Shown piece after piece: positions 36,985-47,267 of a DNA stretch of 64,000 nt. Below the pieces are notes generated by a model. That model did no database searches. It had not been told where the DNA came from and worked only from the letters and a program-made list of their open reading frames with translations. Position 1 is the first letter of the stretch. Each line of letters opens with the position of its first letter. The translations under genes and the position numbers were made by a program. Source of the DNA: Pseudolabrys sp. (lineage in GTDB: Bacteria; Pseudomonadota; Alphaproteobacteria; Rhizobiales; Xanthobacteraceae); the NCBI GenBank assembly GCA_036496445.1, contig DASXLC010000013.1, positions 13,836-77,835 on the forward strand. The letters are read 5' to 3'.

Positions 36985-37701
36985 ATGCGGATGACGATCA
37001 ACTGCGACATGGGCGAGGGCTTCGGCCTCTATCGGCTCGGAGACGATACCGCGATGATGCCGCACATCGATCTGGCGAATGTCGCTTGCGGCTTCCATGC
37101 GTCAGAGCCGACAACGATGCGCGCAACGGTGCGTCTTGCGAAAAAGCATGGTGTCAAAGTCGGTGCCCATCCCTCGCTGCCGGATCTCCAGGGCTTCGGC
37201 CGCAGAGCCATGGTGATTTCGCCGGCGGAAGTGACTGACCTGGTGACGTACCAGGTCGGCGCGCTCAAGGCGTTTCTTGATGCCGAAGACGTCCCCCTCA
37301 ACCACGTCAAACCGCATGGTGCGCTGTACGGCATGGCTGCACGCGATGAAAAAATTGCGGCAGCGATAGCAGACGCCGTGGTGCCGTTCGGGGTCCCAAT
37401 CCTCGGGATGGCATTTACGGCACACGAAACCGCCTACCGCGACAAAGGCGTTGAGCTTGTCCCGGAGTTCTATGCCGATCTTGAATACGATGGGGAGGGC
37501 AACTTGATTCTCAGCCGCGTGCACGATGCGGTCGATCCGGCCAAGGCAGCGGCGCGTGTATTGCGAGTGATGAAGGATCACGCCGTTACGACGACGACTG
37601 GCAAAGATATCGCCGTCAAAGCGACGACGGTCTGTGTGCACTCCGACACGCCGTCGGCCGTTGCTATTGCCGCTGAACTGGATCGGCTACTTCGGCGATA
37701 G
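36985..37701 (+). CDS. pxpA: LamB/YcsF family protein (5-oxoprolinase subunit A-like)
   Basis: NCDMGE, NVACGFHA, GAHPS.PD..GFGRR, HVKPHGALY, CVHSD. Confidence 0.9.
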   Translation: MRMTINCDMGEGFGLYRLGDDTAMMPHIDLANVACGFHASEPTTMRATVRLAKKHGVKVGAHPSLPDLQGFGRRAMVISPAEVTDLVTYQVGALKAFLDAEDVPLNHVKPHGALYGMAARDEKIAAAIADAVVPFGVPILGMAFTAHETAYRDKGVELVPEFYADLEYDGEGNLILSRVHDAVDPAKAAARVLRVMKDHAVTTTTGKDIAVKATTVCVHSDTPSAVAIAAELDRLLRR

Positions 37702-37757
37702 GCATGCGGTTGGAGGTATTTTGCACCACTGCAATGCCAGAATCGCGTTCTAGCAGC

Positions 37758-38126
37758 ATGACGATGAATTGGCCTTTTCGCATAGAATTGACCGCAATTG
37801 CGGCCCTGATGCTTTCCGGATGTGCGTCCGAAACCGCCAGCCGTTTTCTTGTCGAGCCGGACCGGTATGTTCTGTACAGCTGCAAGGAGCTTGCGACGCA
37901 GGCGCAAGGCAACGCTACTCGCCAACACGAGCTTGAGTTGCTGATAGCGAAGGCCGGCTCGGGCGTCGCGAGCGCCATGGCCTATCAGCCGGAGTACCTG
38001 CAATTGCGCGGCGAGATGACCCAGCTGCGCAAGACCGCCGTCGACAAGAACTGCAGCCCATTGCCATCAGCGCCAGGGCAAGCGCCGACGGCCGCCGGAC
38101 GCACCAGCGATCAGACGGTCCGCTGA
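37758..38126 (+). CDS. Hypothetical lipoprotein
   Basis: LSGC lipobox; two further Cys (YSC, KNC). Confidence 0.75.
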   Translation: MTMNWPFRIELTAIAALMLSGCASETASRFLVEPDRYVLYSCKELATQAQGNATRQHELELLIAKAGSGVASAMAYQPEYLQLRGEMTQLRKTAVDKNCSPLPSAPGQAPTAAGRTSDQTVR

Positions 38127-38216
38127 CAAAGCACCGGATCGGCGTGGAACTTTTTCCAAGCGCGGAACTTATTGGCGTGGAACCCGCCACAGCCGTGGCC
38201 TGACATGGGGGCAAGC

Positions 38217-38378
38217 ATGGGCATTTTAATCAGTATTCTCATAACGTTCCTGGTCATTGTTCTAGTTCTTTATCTGATCAATATGTTGCCGATTGACGGG
38301 CGGGCAAAACAGATCGTCCGCGTGATCGTCATTGTCATCGGTGTCCTGTCGCTGCTGAAATACGTAGCGGTCTTCTAA
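38217..38378 (+). CDS. Small two-TM membrane protein (Thivi_2564-like)
   Basis: 53 aa, two hydrophobic helices around LPIDGRAKQI. Confidence 0.75.
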   Translation: MGILISILITFLVIVLVLYLINMLPIDGRAKQIVRVIVIVIGVLSLLKYVAVF

Positions 38379-38382
38379 CGCC

Positions 38383-40716
38383 CTAAAGCGTCACGCTTCG
38401 CAATCTCAAGGCGTTGCCGATGACGCTGACCGATGACAGCGCCATTGCGGCGGCTGCGATGATTGGCGACAGCAACAAGCCGAACACGGGATAGAGCACG
38501 CCGGCGGCGACCGGCACGCCGAGCGCGTTGTAGACGAAAGCAAAGAATAAATTCTGCCGGATATTGCGCATGACCGCTGCCGAAAGGATGCGCGCTTTCA
38601 CGATGCCGGTAAGATCGCCCCTGAGAAGGGTAACGCCGGCGCTTTCGATCGCGGCATCGGAGCCGGTGCTCATGGCGATGCCGACGTCGGCGGCGGCGAG
38701 GGCAGGTGCGTCATTGATGCCGTCACCCGCCATGGCGACCGCGCGGCCTTCACGCAGCAGTTTTTCGACAACGGCATTCTTTTGATCGGGCAGCACTTCT
38801 GCTTCGACTTCGGCGATACCCAGTTTCCGCGCGACGGCCTGCGCGGTGGTGGTGTTGTCGCCGGTGAGCATCACCACGCGAATGCCGTCGGCGACCAGCG
38901 CCCGCAACGCATCAGGCGTCGTCTTTTTGATCGGATCGGCGACGGCAATGACGCAGGCGGCCTTTCCGTCGACAGCGAGGAAAATGGCGGTCGCACCGTC
39001 ACCACGCAGGCGCTCGGCTTCGGGTGCGAGCGCGGAGGTGTCGATACTCATTTCACCAAGAAACCTGGCGTTGCCCAGAGCGAGCCGTTTGTTGTCGACG
39101 ATGCCAGTCACGCCTTTGCCGGCGGGCGCGTCAAAGTCGCGTACCGGCAGCAATTCAAGTTTCTGCTCGGCCGCGGCAGCGACGATGGCGGCCGCCAGAG
39201 GATGCTCGCTGCCACGCTCGATGCTCGCGGCAAGCTGGAGCACATGCGCTTCGTCGAAGCCTGATGCGGACGCTACCGCCACCACCTTCGGTTTGCCTTC
39301 CGTCAGCGTGCCGGTCTTGTCGATGACAAGCGTGTCGATCTTTTCCATACGCTCGAGTGTCTCGGCGTTCTTGATCAGTACGCCCGCCTGCGCGCCGCGG
39401 CCGACGCCCACCATGATTGCCATCGGTGTCGCGAGGCCGAGCGCGCAGGGACAGGCGATGATCAGCACGCTGACTGCTGCCACAAGGCCATAGGTGAAAC
39501 GCGGTTCAGGCCCGAAAGTCGCCCACGCGGCGAAGGCAACAAGAGCGACCGCGATGACCGCCGGTACGAACCAGGCGGACACCTGGTCGACCAGGCGTTG
39601 GATCGGCGCGCGGCTGCGCTGCGCGCTCGCAACCATCTGCACGATCTGGGACAGAAGCGTGTCGCGGCCAACTTTGTCGGCGCGCATGATGAAACTTCCG
39701 CTCATGTTGAGCGTACCGCCAAGCACGCGCGAATCTTTTTCCATTGTGACCGGTATGGATTCGCCGGTGACCATGGATTCATCGAGTGCGGAGCGGCCTT
39801 CGAGCACGGTGCCATCGACCGGAACCTTGTCACCGGGACGCACGCGCAGGCGGTCACCGACGTGTACGGCATCGAGCGACACGTCTTCATCGCCGCCGTC
39901 ACTGTTGATGCGCCGCGCAGTCTTTGGCGCAAGGTCGAGGAGCGCGCGTATTGCGCCGGACGTCGCCTCGCGTGCGCGCAGCTCCAATACCTGGCCCATC
40001 AACACCAGCACGGTGATGACGCTGGCCGCTTCGAAATAGGCGGCCGGTGCGCCTCCGTGGCTGCGGAACGCCTCCGGGAAAATTCCTGGCACGAACGTCG
40101 CGGCCAGGCTGTAGACATAGGCAACGCCGGTGCCCATGGCGATCAGCGTGAACATGTTGAGATTGCGCGTAACGAGCGACTGCCATCCGCGCACGAAAAA
40201 CGGCCAGCCGGCCCACAGCACCACCGGCGTCGCGAAAGCGAATTGAACGTAATTCGATGACGTCGGCTCGACCCAATTGTGTGCGCCAGCGATGTGCGCA
40301 CCCATTTCCAGGATGAAGACGGGAAGGGTGAGCACCAGGCCGATCCAGAACCGGCGCATCATGTCGACGAGTTCGGGATTGGGTCCAATGTCGGGCCTGG
40401 CAATCTCAGGCTCCAGAGCCATGCCGCAGATCGGGCACGAGCCGGGGCCGATCTGCCGGATCTCGGGATGCATCGGGCACGTATAGACGGTGCCTTCCGG
40501 TACCGATTCAGGCTGGCGTCCGCCCAGATATTTTTGCGGATCGGCGACGAATTTGGTGCGGCAGCCCGTGCAACAGAAATAGTAGGTGCGGCCACCGTGG
40601 TCGGCGCGATTCTTTGCGCCTTGCGGATCGATCGTCATACCGCACACGGGGTCGATCGCGCTGTTTGCCGACACGCCGTGGTGATCGTGCCGATGATGCT
40701 GATGCTCTGCCGTCAC
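38383..40716 (-). CDS. copA: Cu(I)-type P1B ATPase with His-rich N-terminus, YHS and heavy-metal-binding domains
   Basis: [40 protein letters not shown] and MALSS. GTG start at 40716. Confidence 0.95.
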   Translation of the reverse strand: MTAEHQHHRHDHHGVSANSAIDPVCGMTIDPQGAKNRADHGGRTYYFCCTGCRTKFVADPQKYLGGRQPESVPEGTVYTCPMHPEIRQIGPGSCPICGMALEPEIARPDIGPNPELVDMMRRFWIGLVLTLPVFILEMGAHIAGAHNWVEPTSSNYVQFAFATPVVLWAGWPFFVRGWQSLVTRNLNMFTLIAMGTGVAYVYSLAATFVPGIFPEAFRSHGGAPAAYFEAASVITVLVLMGQVLELRAREATSGAIRALLDLAPKTARRINSDGGDEDVSLDAVHVGDRLRVRPGDKVPVDGTVLEGRSALDESMVTGESIPVTMEKDSRVLGGTLNMSGSFIMRADKVGRDTLLSQIVQMVASAQRSRAPIQRLVDQVSAWFVPAVIAVALVAFAAWATFGPEPRFTYGLVAAVSVLIIACPCALGLATPMAIMVGVGRGAQAGVLIKNAETLERMEKIDTLVIDKTGTLTEGKPKVVAVASASGFDEAHVLQLAASIERGSEHPLAAAIVAAAAEQKLELLPVRDFDAPAGKGVTGIVDNKRLALGNARFLGEMSIDTSALAPEAERLRGDGATAIFLAVDGKAACVIAVADPIKKTTPDALRALVADGIRVVMLTGDNTTTAQAVARKLGIAEVEAEVLPDQKNAVVEKLLREGRAVAMAGDGINDAPALAAADVGIAMSTGSDAAIESAGVTLLRGDLTGIVKARILSAAVMRNIRQNLFFAFVYNALGVPVAAGVLYPVFGLLLSPIIAAAAMALSSVSVIGNALRLRSVTL

Positions 40717-40734
40717 GTCTGCACCTTGCCCGCA

Positions 40735-40751
40735 ATACCCCCAGGGGGTAT
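40735..40751. promoter_or_regulatory. CsoR-type operator ATACCCCC-A-GGGGGTAT
   Basis: Perfect 8-1-8 inverted repeat with C/G tracts, lying inside TTGCCC-N17-TATATA between the divergent copA and csoR. Confidence 0.85.
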
Positions 40752-40760
40752 ATAGACGCC

Positions 40761-41036
40761 ATGGCAAAGGACAGCAAGGCGGCGACACTCAAGCGGCTCA
40801 ACCGCATTGAAGGCCAGGTGAGGGGGCTCGCCCGCATGGTCGAGGAAGACCGATATTGCATCGACATCGTGACGCAGATCGGCGCCGTTCGCGCCGCGTT
40901 GCGCCGGGTCGAGGAGGAAATCCTGCGCGATCACGTGGCACACTGCGTCGACCACGCGATCAAGAGCGGCAACAAGGCCGACCAGCGGCGCAAGGTCGCC
41001 GAGCTCATGGATGTGATGGGCCGGGCGGCGCGATGA
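40761..41036 (+). CDS. csoR: CsoR/RcnR-family metal-sensing repressor
   Basis: [21 protein letters not shown] (Cys-His-Cys ligands). Confidence 0.93.
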   Translation: MAKDSKAATLKRLNRIEGQVRGLARMVEEDRYCIDIVTQIGAVRAALRRVEEEILRDHVAHCVDHAIKSGNKADQRRKVAELMDVMGRAAR

Positions 41037-41042
41037 CCTTCC

Positions 41043-41130
41043 TTGTCGTCACCGGACTTGTCCCGGTGACCCTGCTTAAGAAGGCAAAGGCTTCTGAGCG
41101 AGATGGCTAGGACAAGTCCGTCCATGACAA
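41043..41130. repeat. REP/RIME-like palindromic element
   Basis: TTGTCGTCACCGGACTTGTCCCGGTGAC ... GGACAAGTCCGTCCATGACAA, resembling the common rhizobial GTCATGGCCGGGCTTGTCCCGGCCATC repeat. Confidence 0.7.
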
Positions 41131-41155
41131 CCCTACAAAGCGCACGATAAAACTA

Positions 41156-41246
41156 TCCGCTCATGCCCTAGAAAGCGGGCATCCAGAAGTTGGCTCACAT
41201 ATTTTATTTTACGCGCTGGGTTCCCGTTTTCGCGGGGATGAGCGGA
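41156..41246. repeat. Second REP-like palindromic element
   Basis: TCCGCTCATGCCCTAGAAAGCGGGCATCCAG ... CTGGGTTCCCGTTTTCGCGGGGATGAGCGGA. Confidence 0.7.
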
Positions 41247-41251
41247 GAGAA

Positions 41252-42274
41252 TTACTCGTACTTCTTCCTTGCCAGCGCTACGCCTTGACCGAGTGCGACC
41301 AGCTTCGCGTCGGCGATCTCACGCCGCATCGGGGCCATGCCGCAATTGGTGCACGCCACGATTTTTTCTTTCGGCACGAATTTCATCACCTCGCCTATGA
41401 CCTGCGCCACCTTCTGCGGCGTCTCGATCTTGTCAGTCGCCACGTCGATCACGCCGATCAGGACGTCTTTGCCATCAAGCAACGACAGAAGTTTGAGTGG
41501 AACGTGTGAATTGATGCACTCGACCGAGACCTGGCCGATGCGGCTTTTAGCGAGCGCCGGAAATATCTCCTCGTATTGCCGCCATTCGCTGCCGAGCGAG
41601 TTCTTCCAGTCGATGTTGGCCTTGATACCGTAGCCGTAGCAGATGTGCACAGCGGTGGTGCATTTGAGCCCGTCGATGGCGCGATGCAGCGCTTCGATGC
41701 CCCAGCCGGCAACTTCGCCCATGAACACATTGAAGGCCGGCTCGTCGAACTGGATGACGTCGACGCCGTCCTTTTCGAGCGCGCGTGCTTCCTGGTTGAG
41801 CAGATCGGCGAAAGCCATCGCCATCCTGATCTTGTCGCCATAATGTGCATCGGCGATCGTGTCGGAAATTGTCATCGGGCCCGGCAACGTGATCTTGAGC
41901 TTGCGATGAGTATGCGCGCGCGCATAACGCGCTTCCGCCTGGTGCACGCGCCCTTTGAGTTTCAGCTCGCCACGCACCACCGGCACCATCGCTTTATAAC
42001 GATCGGCGCGGATTCCCATTTCGACCTTGTGCGCGAAGTCGATGCCGTCGACGAATTCCAGAAAGCCATGGACGAAGTGCTGGCGGGACATTTCGCCGTC
42101 GCAGACGATGTCGATCCCGGCATCCTCCTGCCATTTGACCGCAAGCAACGTTGCATCGAGCTTGGCCGAAGCCAGTTCATCGCCTTGCTGCCGCCATTGC
42201 GGCCACAGCTTGTTCGGCTCGGCGAGCCAGGATGGTTTCGGCAGGCTGCCGGCAACGGTCGAAGGAAACATCAT
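41252..42274 (-). CDS. Single-domain cobalamin-independent methionine synthase (MesD-like)
   Basis: AGSLPKP, DGE, QFDEP, HICYGY, TNCG Zn ligands. ATG 42274 overlaps the upstream TGA. Confidence 0.88.
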   Translation of the reverse strand: MMFPSTVAGSLPKPSWLAEPNKLWPQWRQQGDELASAKLDATLLAVKWQEDAGIDIVCDGEMSRQHFVHGFLEFVDGIDFAHKVEMGIRADRYKAMVPVVRGELKLKGRVHQAEARYARAHTHRKLKITLPGPMTISDTIADAHYGDKIRMAMAFADLLNQEARALEKDGVDVIQFDEPAFNVFMGEVAGWGIEALHRAIDGLKCTTAVHICYGYGIKANIDWKNSLGSEWRQYEEIFPALAKSRIGQVSVECINSHVPLKLLSLLDGKDVLIGVIDVATDKIETPQKVAQVIGEVMKFVPKEKIVACTNCGMAPMRREIADAKLVALGQGVALARKKYE

Positions 42275-43485
42275 GCCTGAATGGTCTCGTAGCGTTGTGG
42301 AGGCCGCCAACTATAAAGCCAATCGTAGCGCGCGCGCAGTTTTTCTCCGCCCATGGCCCGCATCGCGAGGTTACGAGCGAACGCTTCAGGCCCCGCCAGC
42401 CCATAAATGCGGCTCTGGCGACGGGAGAATTGTTGGGCACGCGCGGTCCGGTGCCAGCGCGCGCCCTCATAGGCCCGCAGCGCGTCCGCTGGGTCATCGA
42501 GATATTTGTCCAGCATGTCCGCTACCACCACTGCGTCTTCAATCGCCATGCTCGCGCCCTGGGCAAGAAAGGGCAGCATCGGGTGGGCGGCATCCCCGAT
42601 CAGCGTGACTGGGACTCTTGCACCGCGGAACGGTTCTTTGCGGTCGTAGAGCGCCCATTTCAGCCACCGCTCCGGAATCGCGATCAGCGCGCGGGCCTTC
42701 TCCGACCAGGCCCAGCGAGCAAAATGGCGAAGGATTTCGTTGCGATCGCCGGCCGCCGTCCAGCCTGTCTCGTTCCACTCATCGTGAACGATGCCGACGA
42801 TGTTGATCAGGCTGCCGGCTCTCACCGGATAGTGCACGAGATGCGCGTCCATGCCGAGCCAGAGATGCACGAGCGGCTGGCGGAACTCCGCCGGCACGGC
42901 ATCGGCACGGACAAGCGCACGCCAGGCCGTGCGGTGGCGGAATGTCGGCGGGGGCTGCCTGCGCAACCCAGCAGCGACGGTCGACCAGATGCCATCAGCG
43001 CCGATCAGCGCGATGCCGCGCTCGTCGAGCACCTGCGAGCCGCGTCTCCCCAGCACGCTGACGCCGTTGACGTGCGCGGCGAACTCCTCAAGCCGGGCGC
43101 CGAGTTCAAGCACAACGTCCCGTTCCTTTCGTACGGCTTCGGCGAGGGCAGATTGCAGGTCACCGCGATGGAACGACCAATAGGGTGCGCCGTAGCGGCG
43201 CTCCATCTCGTCGCCCAGCGGAATACGCACAATCTCGCGGGCAGAGCCGCCCGCCATCACCCGGATTGCCTGCGGCGCGACCGCGACCGATGCCAGACGC
43301 TCGCGCAATCCGAGCGCGATCAATACCCGGCTGGCATTCGGCGAAAGCTGGAGCCCGGCGCCGGTCTCCTCGAGTCTTGCTGCTTGTTCGAACACGGTGA
43401 CGCGCATGCCGGCGCGTGCCAGCGTCAGCGCGGCCGTCAGTCCGGCAATGCCGGCTCCGGCGACGATGACATGTCGCGCGGCCAT
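42271..43485 (-). CDS. FAD-dependent monooxygenase (salicylate hydroxylase-like)
   Basis: GAGIAG, GADG, GDAAHPMLPFLAQGA. Confidence 0.93.
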   Translation of the reverse strand: MAARHVIVAGAGIAGLTAALTLARAGMRVTVFEQAARLEETGAGLQLSPNASRVLIALGLRERLASVAVAPQAIRVMAGGSAREIVRIPLGDEMERRYGAPYWSFHRGDLQSALAEAVRKERDVVLELGARLEEFAAHVNGVSVLGRRGSQVLDERGIALIGADGIWSTVAAGLRRQPPPTFRHRTAWRALVRADAVPAEFRQPLVHLWLGMDAHLVHYPVRAGSLINIVGIVHDEWNETGWTAAGDRNEILRHFARWAWSEKARALIAIPERWLKWALYDRKEPFRGARVPVTLIGDAAHPMLPFLAQGASMAIEDAVVVADMLDKYLDDPADALRAYEGARWHRTARAQQFSRRQSRIYGLAGPEAFARNLAMRAMGGEKLRARYDWLYSWRPPQRYETIQA

Positions 43486-43506
43486 GGCGAGGGGCTCCGA
43501 AAAGGA

Positions 43507-43758
43507 TCAGGCAGCGGCAGCGGAATGCGGCAACGCGCACTCCGGCGGTTTGGCCGCGTGCGAATCCAGCTTGGGATTGAAGCGATAGAGGGTCGAACAG
43601 TAGGGACAGATGATCTCTTTATCCTCGCCCATGTCGAGGAACACGTGAGGATGGTCGTATGGTGGTGTCGCGCCCACGCACATGAATTCCATAGCGCCGA
43701 TCTCAATGACCGGGACGCCAGGGTCGTTGTGGAAATGGGGGACGACGTGTTCCGCCAT
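43507..43758 (-). CDS. zf-CHCC zinc-finger protein
   Basis: C ... DHPHVFL ... CPYC. Confidence 0.9.
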   Translation of the reverse strand: MAEHVVPHFHNDPGVPVIEIGAMEFMCVGATPPYDHPHVFLDMGEDKEIICPYCSTLYRFNPKLDSHAAKPPECALPHSAAAA

Positions 43759-43958
43759 GGAAACTCCTATGATGCCGCGCCTAGACGGCACATGTTGCGG
43801 GGCACAATAGCGAGAGCAAACCGCAATGCCTAGCTCAATCGCGAACGCGACACCGCCATTGCCGCTGAAACGCCTTGGTTGCGGGCCACAGCACTACCAC
43901 TGAGGCTCGCGGGCAAGGCCGATTCGTCAACCGCGATTACACATAACGGAACCAGGAC

Positions 43959-45053
43959 TTGGATCCATCGCAGCAAAGTGTAACGCGCGTCCCGCGGATA
44001 GGACCTGCGCTGGTAGCTGTTGCCCTGCTCGCGGTGGCTGCGGCCTACGTGGTCCCGCGCGCTGCAGACGCGCTTGACGGCCTCGACGATCCCACGCGCA
44101 TTGCCAACCATGCGCTGGAAGACAAATTCGATGCCGCCGTCGCGCAGCGGGAAATCGAAGCGGCCTTGGTTGCTAACGACGCCGACCTTGCTCAGAGCTT
44201 CGTCGATCTTGCGGCCGGCCGGCATGTGGCGCTCGATCCGGCGCTGGTGGAGAAAGTCAAAGCGGCGAGTGCCGAGGCGGCCACCACGCGGCACAAAGCC
44301 CAAAGCTTCGCGCGCGGTTTCATCACCGGCGAACCGGACGACATGGCTGCACTTGCGGGTACCACGGTCGGTGATCTCTTCGTGTTCGGCGATATCCGCG
44401 ATGCGCTACGCGAAGGAACGCGGCTGGCGATGGGGCAGAAAGCCGATGAGCTGGTGCTCGGTCTGGCTTCCGCCGGAATTGCGATTACCGCAGCCACCTA
44501 CGTGACGTTTGGAACGGCCGCCCCCGCGCGTGCCGGACTGACAGTGATGAAGGTCGCCCGCAAGACCGGTAGCCTTGGCAGCGAGCTTGCAGGCCGCCTC
44601 GGCCGCATGGTGCGGCAGGCCGGGTTCTCAGAACCCGCGGTGGCGGCACGCGCCGGACGAGATGCCGTGAAGGTGGAGCGCGCCGGCGGATTGCTGAATT
44701 TTGCACACGACGTCGGTCGCGTCCAACAGGCAGCCGGTGGCCGTGCGGCATTCGACGGCCTGAAGATCGCAAAAGAACCACGTGACATTACCCGTGTCGC
44801 CAAACTGGCGGAGAAGGAAGGAAGCCGTACCCGCGCTATCCTGAAGATTGCCGGTCGAGGAGCGATCATGGTCGCCGCGCTTGCTCTCGATGCAAGCGTC
44901 TGGCTGCTGGGCGCTTTGTTTGCACTGTTTAGTTTTGTATCCGCGCTCAAGAGTGCGACCGAGCGGGTGGCGCTTCGATTCTTTCGTCGCCGCAGGGAGA
45001 AGCGCGGGCGTGCGCAGATGCAGCCGATTGCCGCCGCGCGTGCGCACAGCTAG
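43959..45053 (+). CDS. Hypothetical membrane-anchored protein
   Basis: 364-aa ORF with N- and C-terminal hydrophobic segments and host-like codon usage. Confidence 0.75.
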   Translation: MDPSQQSVTRVPRIGPALVAVALLAVAAAYVVPRAADALDGLDDPTRIANHALEDKFDAAVAQREIEAALVANDADLAQSFVDLAAGRHVALDPALVEKVKAASAEAATTRHKAQSFARGFITGEPDDMAALAGTTVGDLFVFGDIRDALREGTRLAMGQKADELVLGLASAGIAITAATYVTFGTAAPARAGLTVMKVARKTGSLGSELAGRLGRMVRQAGFSEPAVAARAGRDAVKVERAGGLLNFAHDVGRVQQAAGGRAAFDGLKIAKEPRDITRVAKLAEKEGSRTRAILKIAGRGAIMVAALALDASVWLLGALFALFSFVSALKSATERVALRFFRRRREKRGRAQMQPIAAARAHS

Positions 45054-45061
45054 AAATCCTT

Positions 45062-45814
45062 ATGCCAGCTTTCAGGAACGGCGAGGTCGAGATCGCCTAT
45101 CTCGACGAGGGTGAGGGCGCCCCGATCGTGCTGGTCCATGGCTTCGCCTCCACCAAGGAGACGAACTGGGTCCTGCCAGGCTGGGTGACGACGCTCACGC
45201 GCGCCGGCCGGCGTGCGATTGCGCTCGATAACCGCGGGCACGGCTCTTCCAGCAAGCTCTATGATCCGTCCGCCTATCACAGCGCCACAATGGCCGAGGA
45301 CGTCCGTGCTCTGCTCGATCATCTGACAATCGAACGTGCCGACGTTATGGGCTATTCAATGGGCGCGCGCATCACGGCATTTCTCGCGGTCAAACATCCG
45401 GCACGCGTGGGGTCGGCGATTTTCGGCGGTCTCGGCATCCGACTCGTAGACGGCGTCGGCCTGCCGGAAAGCATCGCAGAAGCGCTGGAGGCGCCATTGC
45501 TTGCCGATGTACAGGATCCCACCGGTCACTTGTTTCGTAGTTTTGCAGAGCAGACGAAATCGGACCTGCGCGCGCTTGCCGCCTGCATTCGCGGATCGCG
45601 CCAGACAATGAGCCGCGCCGAGGTTGCTGCAATCAAGCTGCCGGTATTGGTCGCCGTCGGAACAAAGGATCAGATCGCCGGAAATGGCCATGAACTGGCC
45701 GCGCTAATTCCGGGGGCGGTCGCCCTCGATATCCCGGACCGAGACCACATGTTGGCCGTGGGGGACAAGGTCTATAAGGCCGGCGTTATTGACTTCCTTA
45801 ACCAACGCGGATGA
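45062..45814 (+). CDS. Alpha/beta hydrolase
   Basis: HGF, DNRGHG, GYSMG, RDH. Confidence 0.92.
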   Translation: MPAFRNGEVEIAYLDEGEGAPIVLVHGFASTKETNWVLPGWVTTLTRAGRRAIALDNRGHGSSSKLYDPSAYHSATMAEDVRALLDHLTIERADVMGYSMGARITAFLAVKHPARVGSAIFGGLGIRLVDGVGLPESIAEALEAPLLADVQDPTGHLFRSFAEQTKSDLRALAACIRGSRQTMSRAEVAAIKLPVLVAVGTKDQIAGNGHELAALIPGAVALDIPDRDHMLAVGDKVYKAGVIDFLNQRG

Positions 45815-45910
45815 GCCATGCGCCGGGTGCCTGCCGCGTTCGCTTTGCAACTTCGAAATTGTGATAAAAGACCTATGTAGGGGTCCGAGAGGTGTCGGGA
45901 GATCCTGAGT

Positions 45911-46741
45911 ATGGCTCAATTTCAGACGCGGCCCGCACGGGCCCTCGATAAAGTCGACCCGGTCTGGGCGCGCATCCGCATTGAAGCGGAGGACATCGCG
46001 CGCCGAGAGCCGGAGCTCGCAACTTTCATCTACGAGAACATTCTCCATCACGACTCGCTCGAAGCCGCCATTGCGCACCGCGTCAGCCAGCGGCTCGCCC
46101 ATGCGGATGTGTCGGCCGATATGATCCGTCAGGCCTATGACGACGCGCTCGAAGACCAGCCCGCTCTCGGCGAAGCCTTCCGCGCCGATATCGTCGCAAC
46201 CGTCGATCGCGATCCCGCGACCAGCCGGTTCATCGAGCCGGTGCTTTATTACAAAGGGTTTCACGCGATCCAGACGCATCGTCTCGCGCATTGGCTCAAC
46301 GGCAAAGGCCGCAAGGATTTCGCGCTCTATCTGCAGAGCCGGGCGTCATCCGTGTTTCAGTGCGATATCAATCCGGCGGCGAAAATCGGCCGCGGAATTT
46401 TCCTCGACCACGCCACAGGCCTGGTGGTCGGTGAGACTGCAGTCATCGAGGACGACGTTTCGATCCTGCACGATGTCACGCTCGGCGGGACCGGCAAGGA
46501 GCACGAAGACCGCCATCCAAAAATCCGCCGCGGCGTGATGATAGGCGCCGGCGCCAAGATTCTCGGCAATATCGAAGTCGGTCATTGTGCGCGCATTGCT
46601 GCAGGCTCGGTTGTCATCAAGCCGGTGCCGAACAATGTCACAGTCGCCGGCGTGCCGGCGAAAGTGGTGGGCGAAGCGGGTTGCCCGGAGCCTTCGCGTG
46701 CCATGGATCAGATGCTCTATGGGATCATGCTCGACGGCTGA
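45911..46741 (+). CDS. cysE: Serine O-acetyltransferase
   Basis: DRDPA, KGFHA, DHATG, TLGGTGK ... RHPK, hexapeptide repeats. Confidence 0.97.
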   Translation: MAQFQTRPARALDKVDPVWARIRIEAEDIARREPELATFIYENILHHDSLEAAIAHRVSQRLAHADVSADMIRQAYDDALEDQPALGEAFRADIVATVDRDPATSRFIEPVLYYKGFHAIQTHRLAHWLNGKGRKDFALYLQSRASSVFQCDINPAAKIGRGIFLDHATGLVVGETAVIEDDVSILHDVTLGGTGKEHEDRHPKIRRGVMIGAGAKILGNIEVGHCARIAAGSVVIKPVPNNVTVAGVPAKVVGEAGCPEPSRAMDQMLYGIMLDG

Positions 46742-46821
46742 TCGGGTTTGCGTTGGACTAGCGCTTGCGCCGGGCCGCCCGATCGGGCAAGGAGACGTGG
46801 TCTTAAGACAGGAGCGGCCCG

Positions 46822-47232
46822 TTGGACGTCCAGGAAGTCAGAAAGCTCGACGGCTACCTGAAGAAGCTGTTCGGCAATACGCAAATTCGTGTGGTACCGA
46901 AAGGCTCCGACACCGCCGAAATTTTCGTCGCGGAGGATGATCTCGGCGAGCTCACGGTCGACGATGAGGATGGCGAGCGCTCCTACAATTTCCGGATGGT
47001 CATTCAGGTCGGCAACGACCCCAGCATTCAGCCAGTGCCGACACTCAACGCCTATCTCCGCCGCAAATTCGATAACGAAAATATCCGCGTGGTGACGCGT
47101 CCGAAGAAAACCGATTCACTGGAAGTCTATATCGGCGAGGAATTCATCGCCGTATTGTTTCTGGAAATCGAAAAAGGCCGCCGGTCCTATATCCTCGAAC
47201 TGCCGATCCTCGACGTCGATCTGGTGGATTAG
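46822..47232 (+). CDS. DUF3126 family protein with two tandem domains
   Basis: YLKKLFGNTQIRVV and YLRRKFDNENIRVV ... EVYIGEEFI. Confidence 0.82.
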   Translation: MDVQEVRKLDGYLKKLFGNTQIRVVPKGSDTAEIFVAEDDLGELTVDDEDGERSYNFRMVIQVGNDPSIQPVPTLNAYLRRKFDNENIRVVTRPKKTDSLEVYIGEEFIAVLFLEIEKGRRSYILELPILDVDLVD

Positions 47233-47267
47233 TCGTCCGCAACAATCAAGATTTCGTCATGCCAAGC

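Noticed and set aside
38146-38185. Three GGAAC motifs as an EcfG (general stress) promoter
   Set aside because: None is followed by a correctly spaced CGTT/GTT -10 element.
42151-43833. 560-aa + strand ORF and similar long antisense ORFs (3218-4474, 7026-8147, 10184-11302, 59315-60625)
   Set aside because: They overlap well-supported genes on the opposite strand and have no motifs; expected in high-GC DNA.
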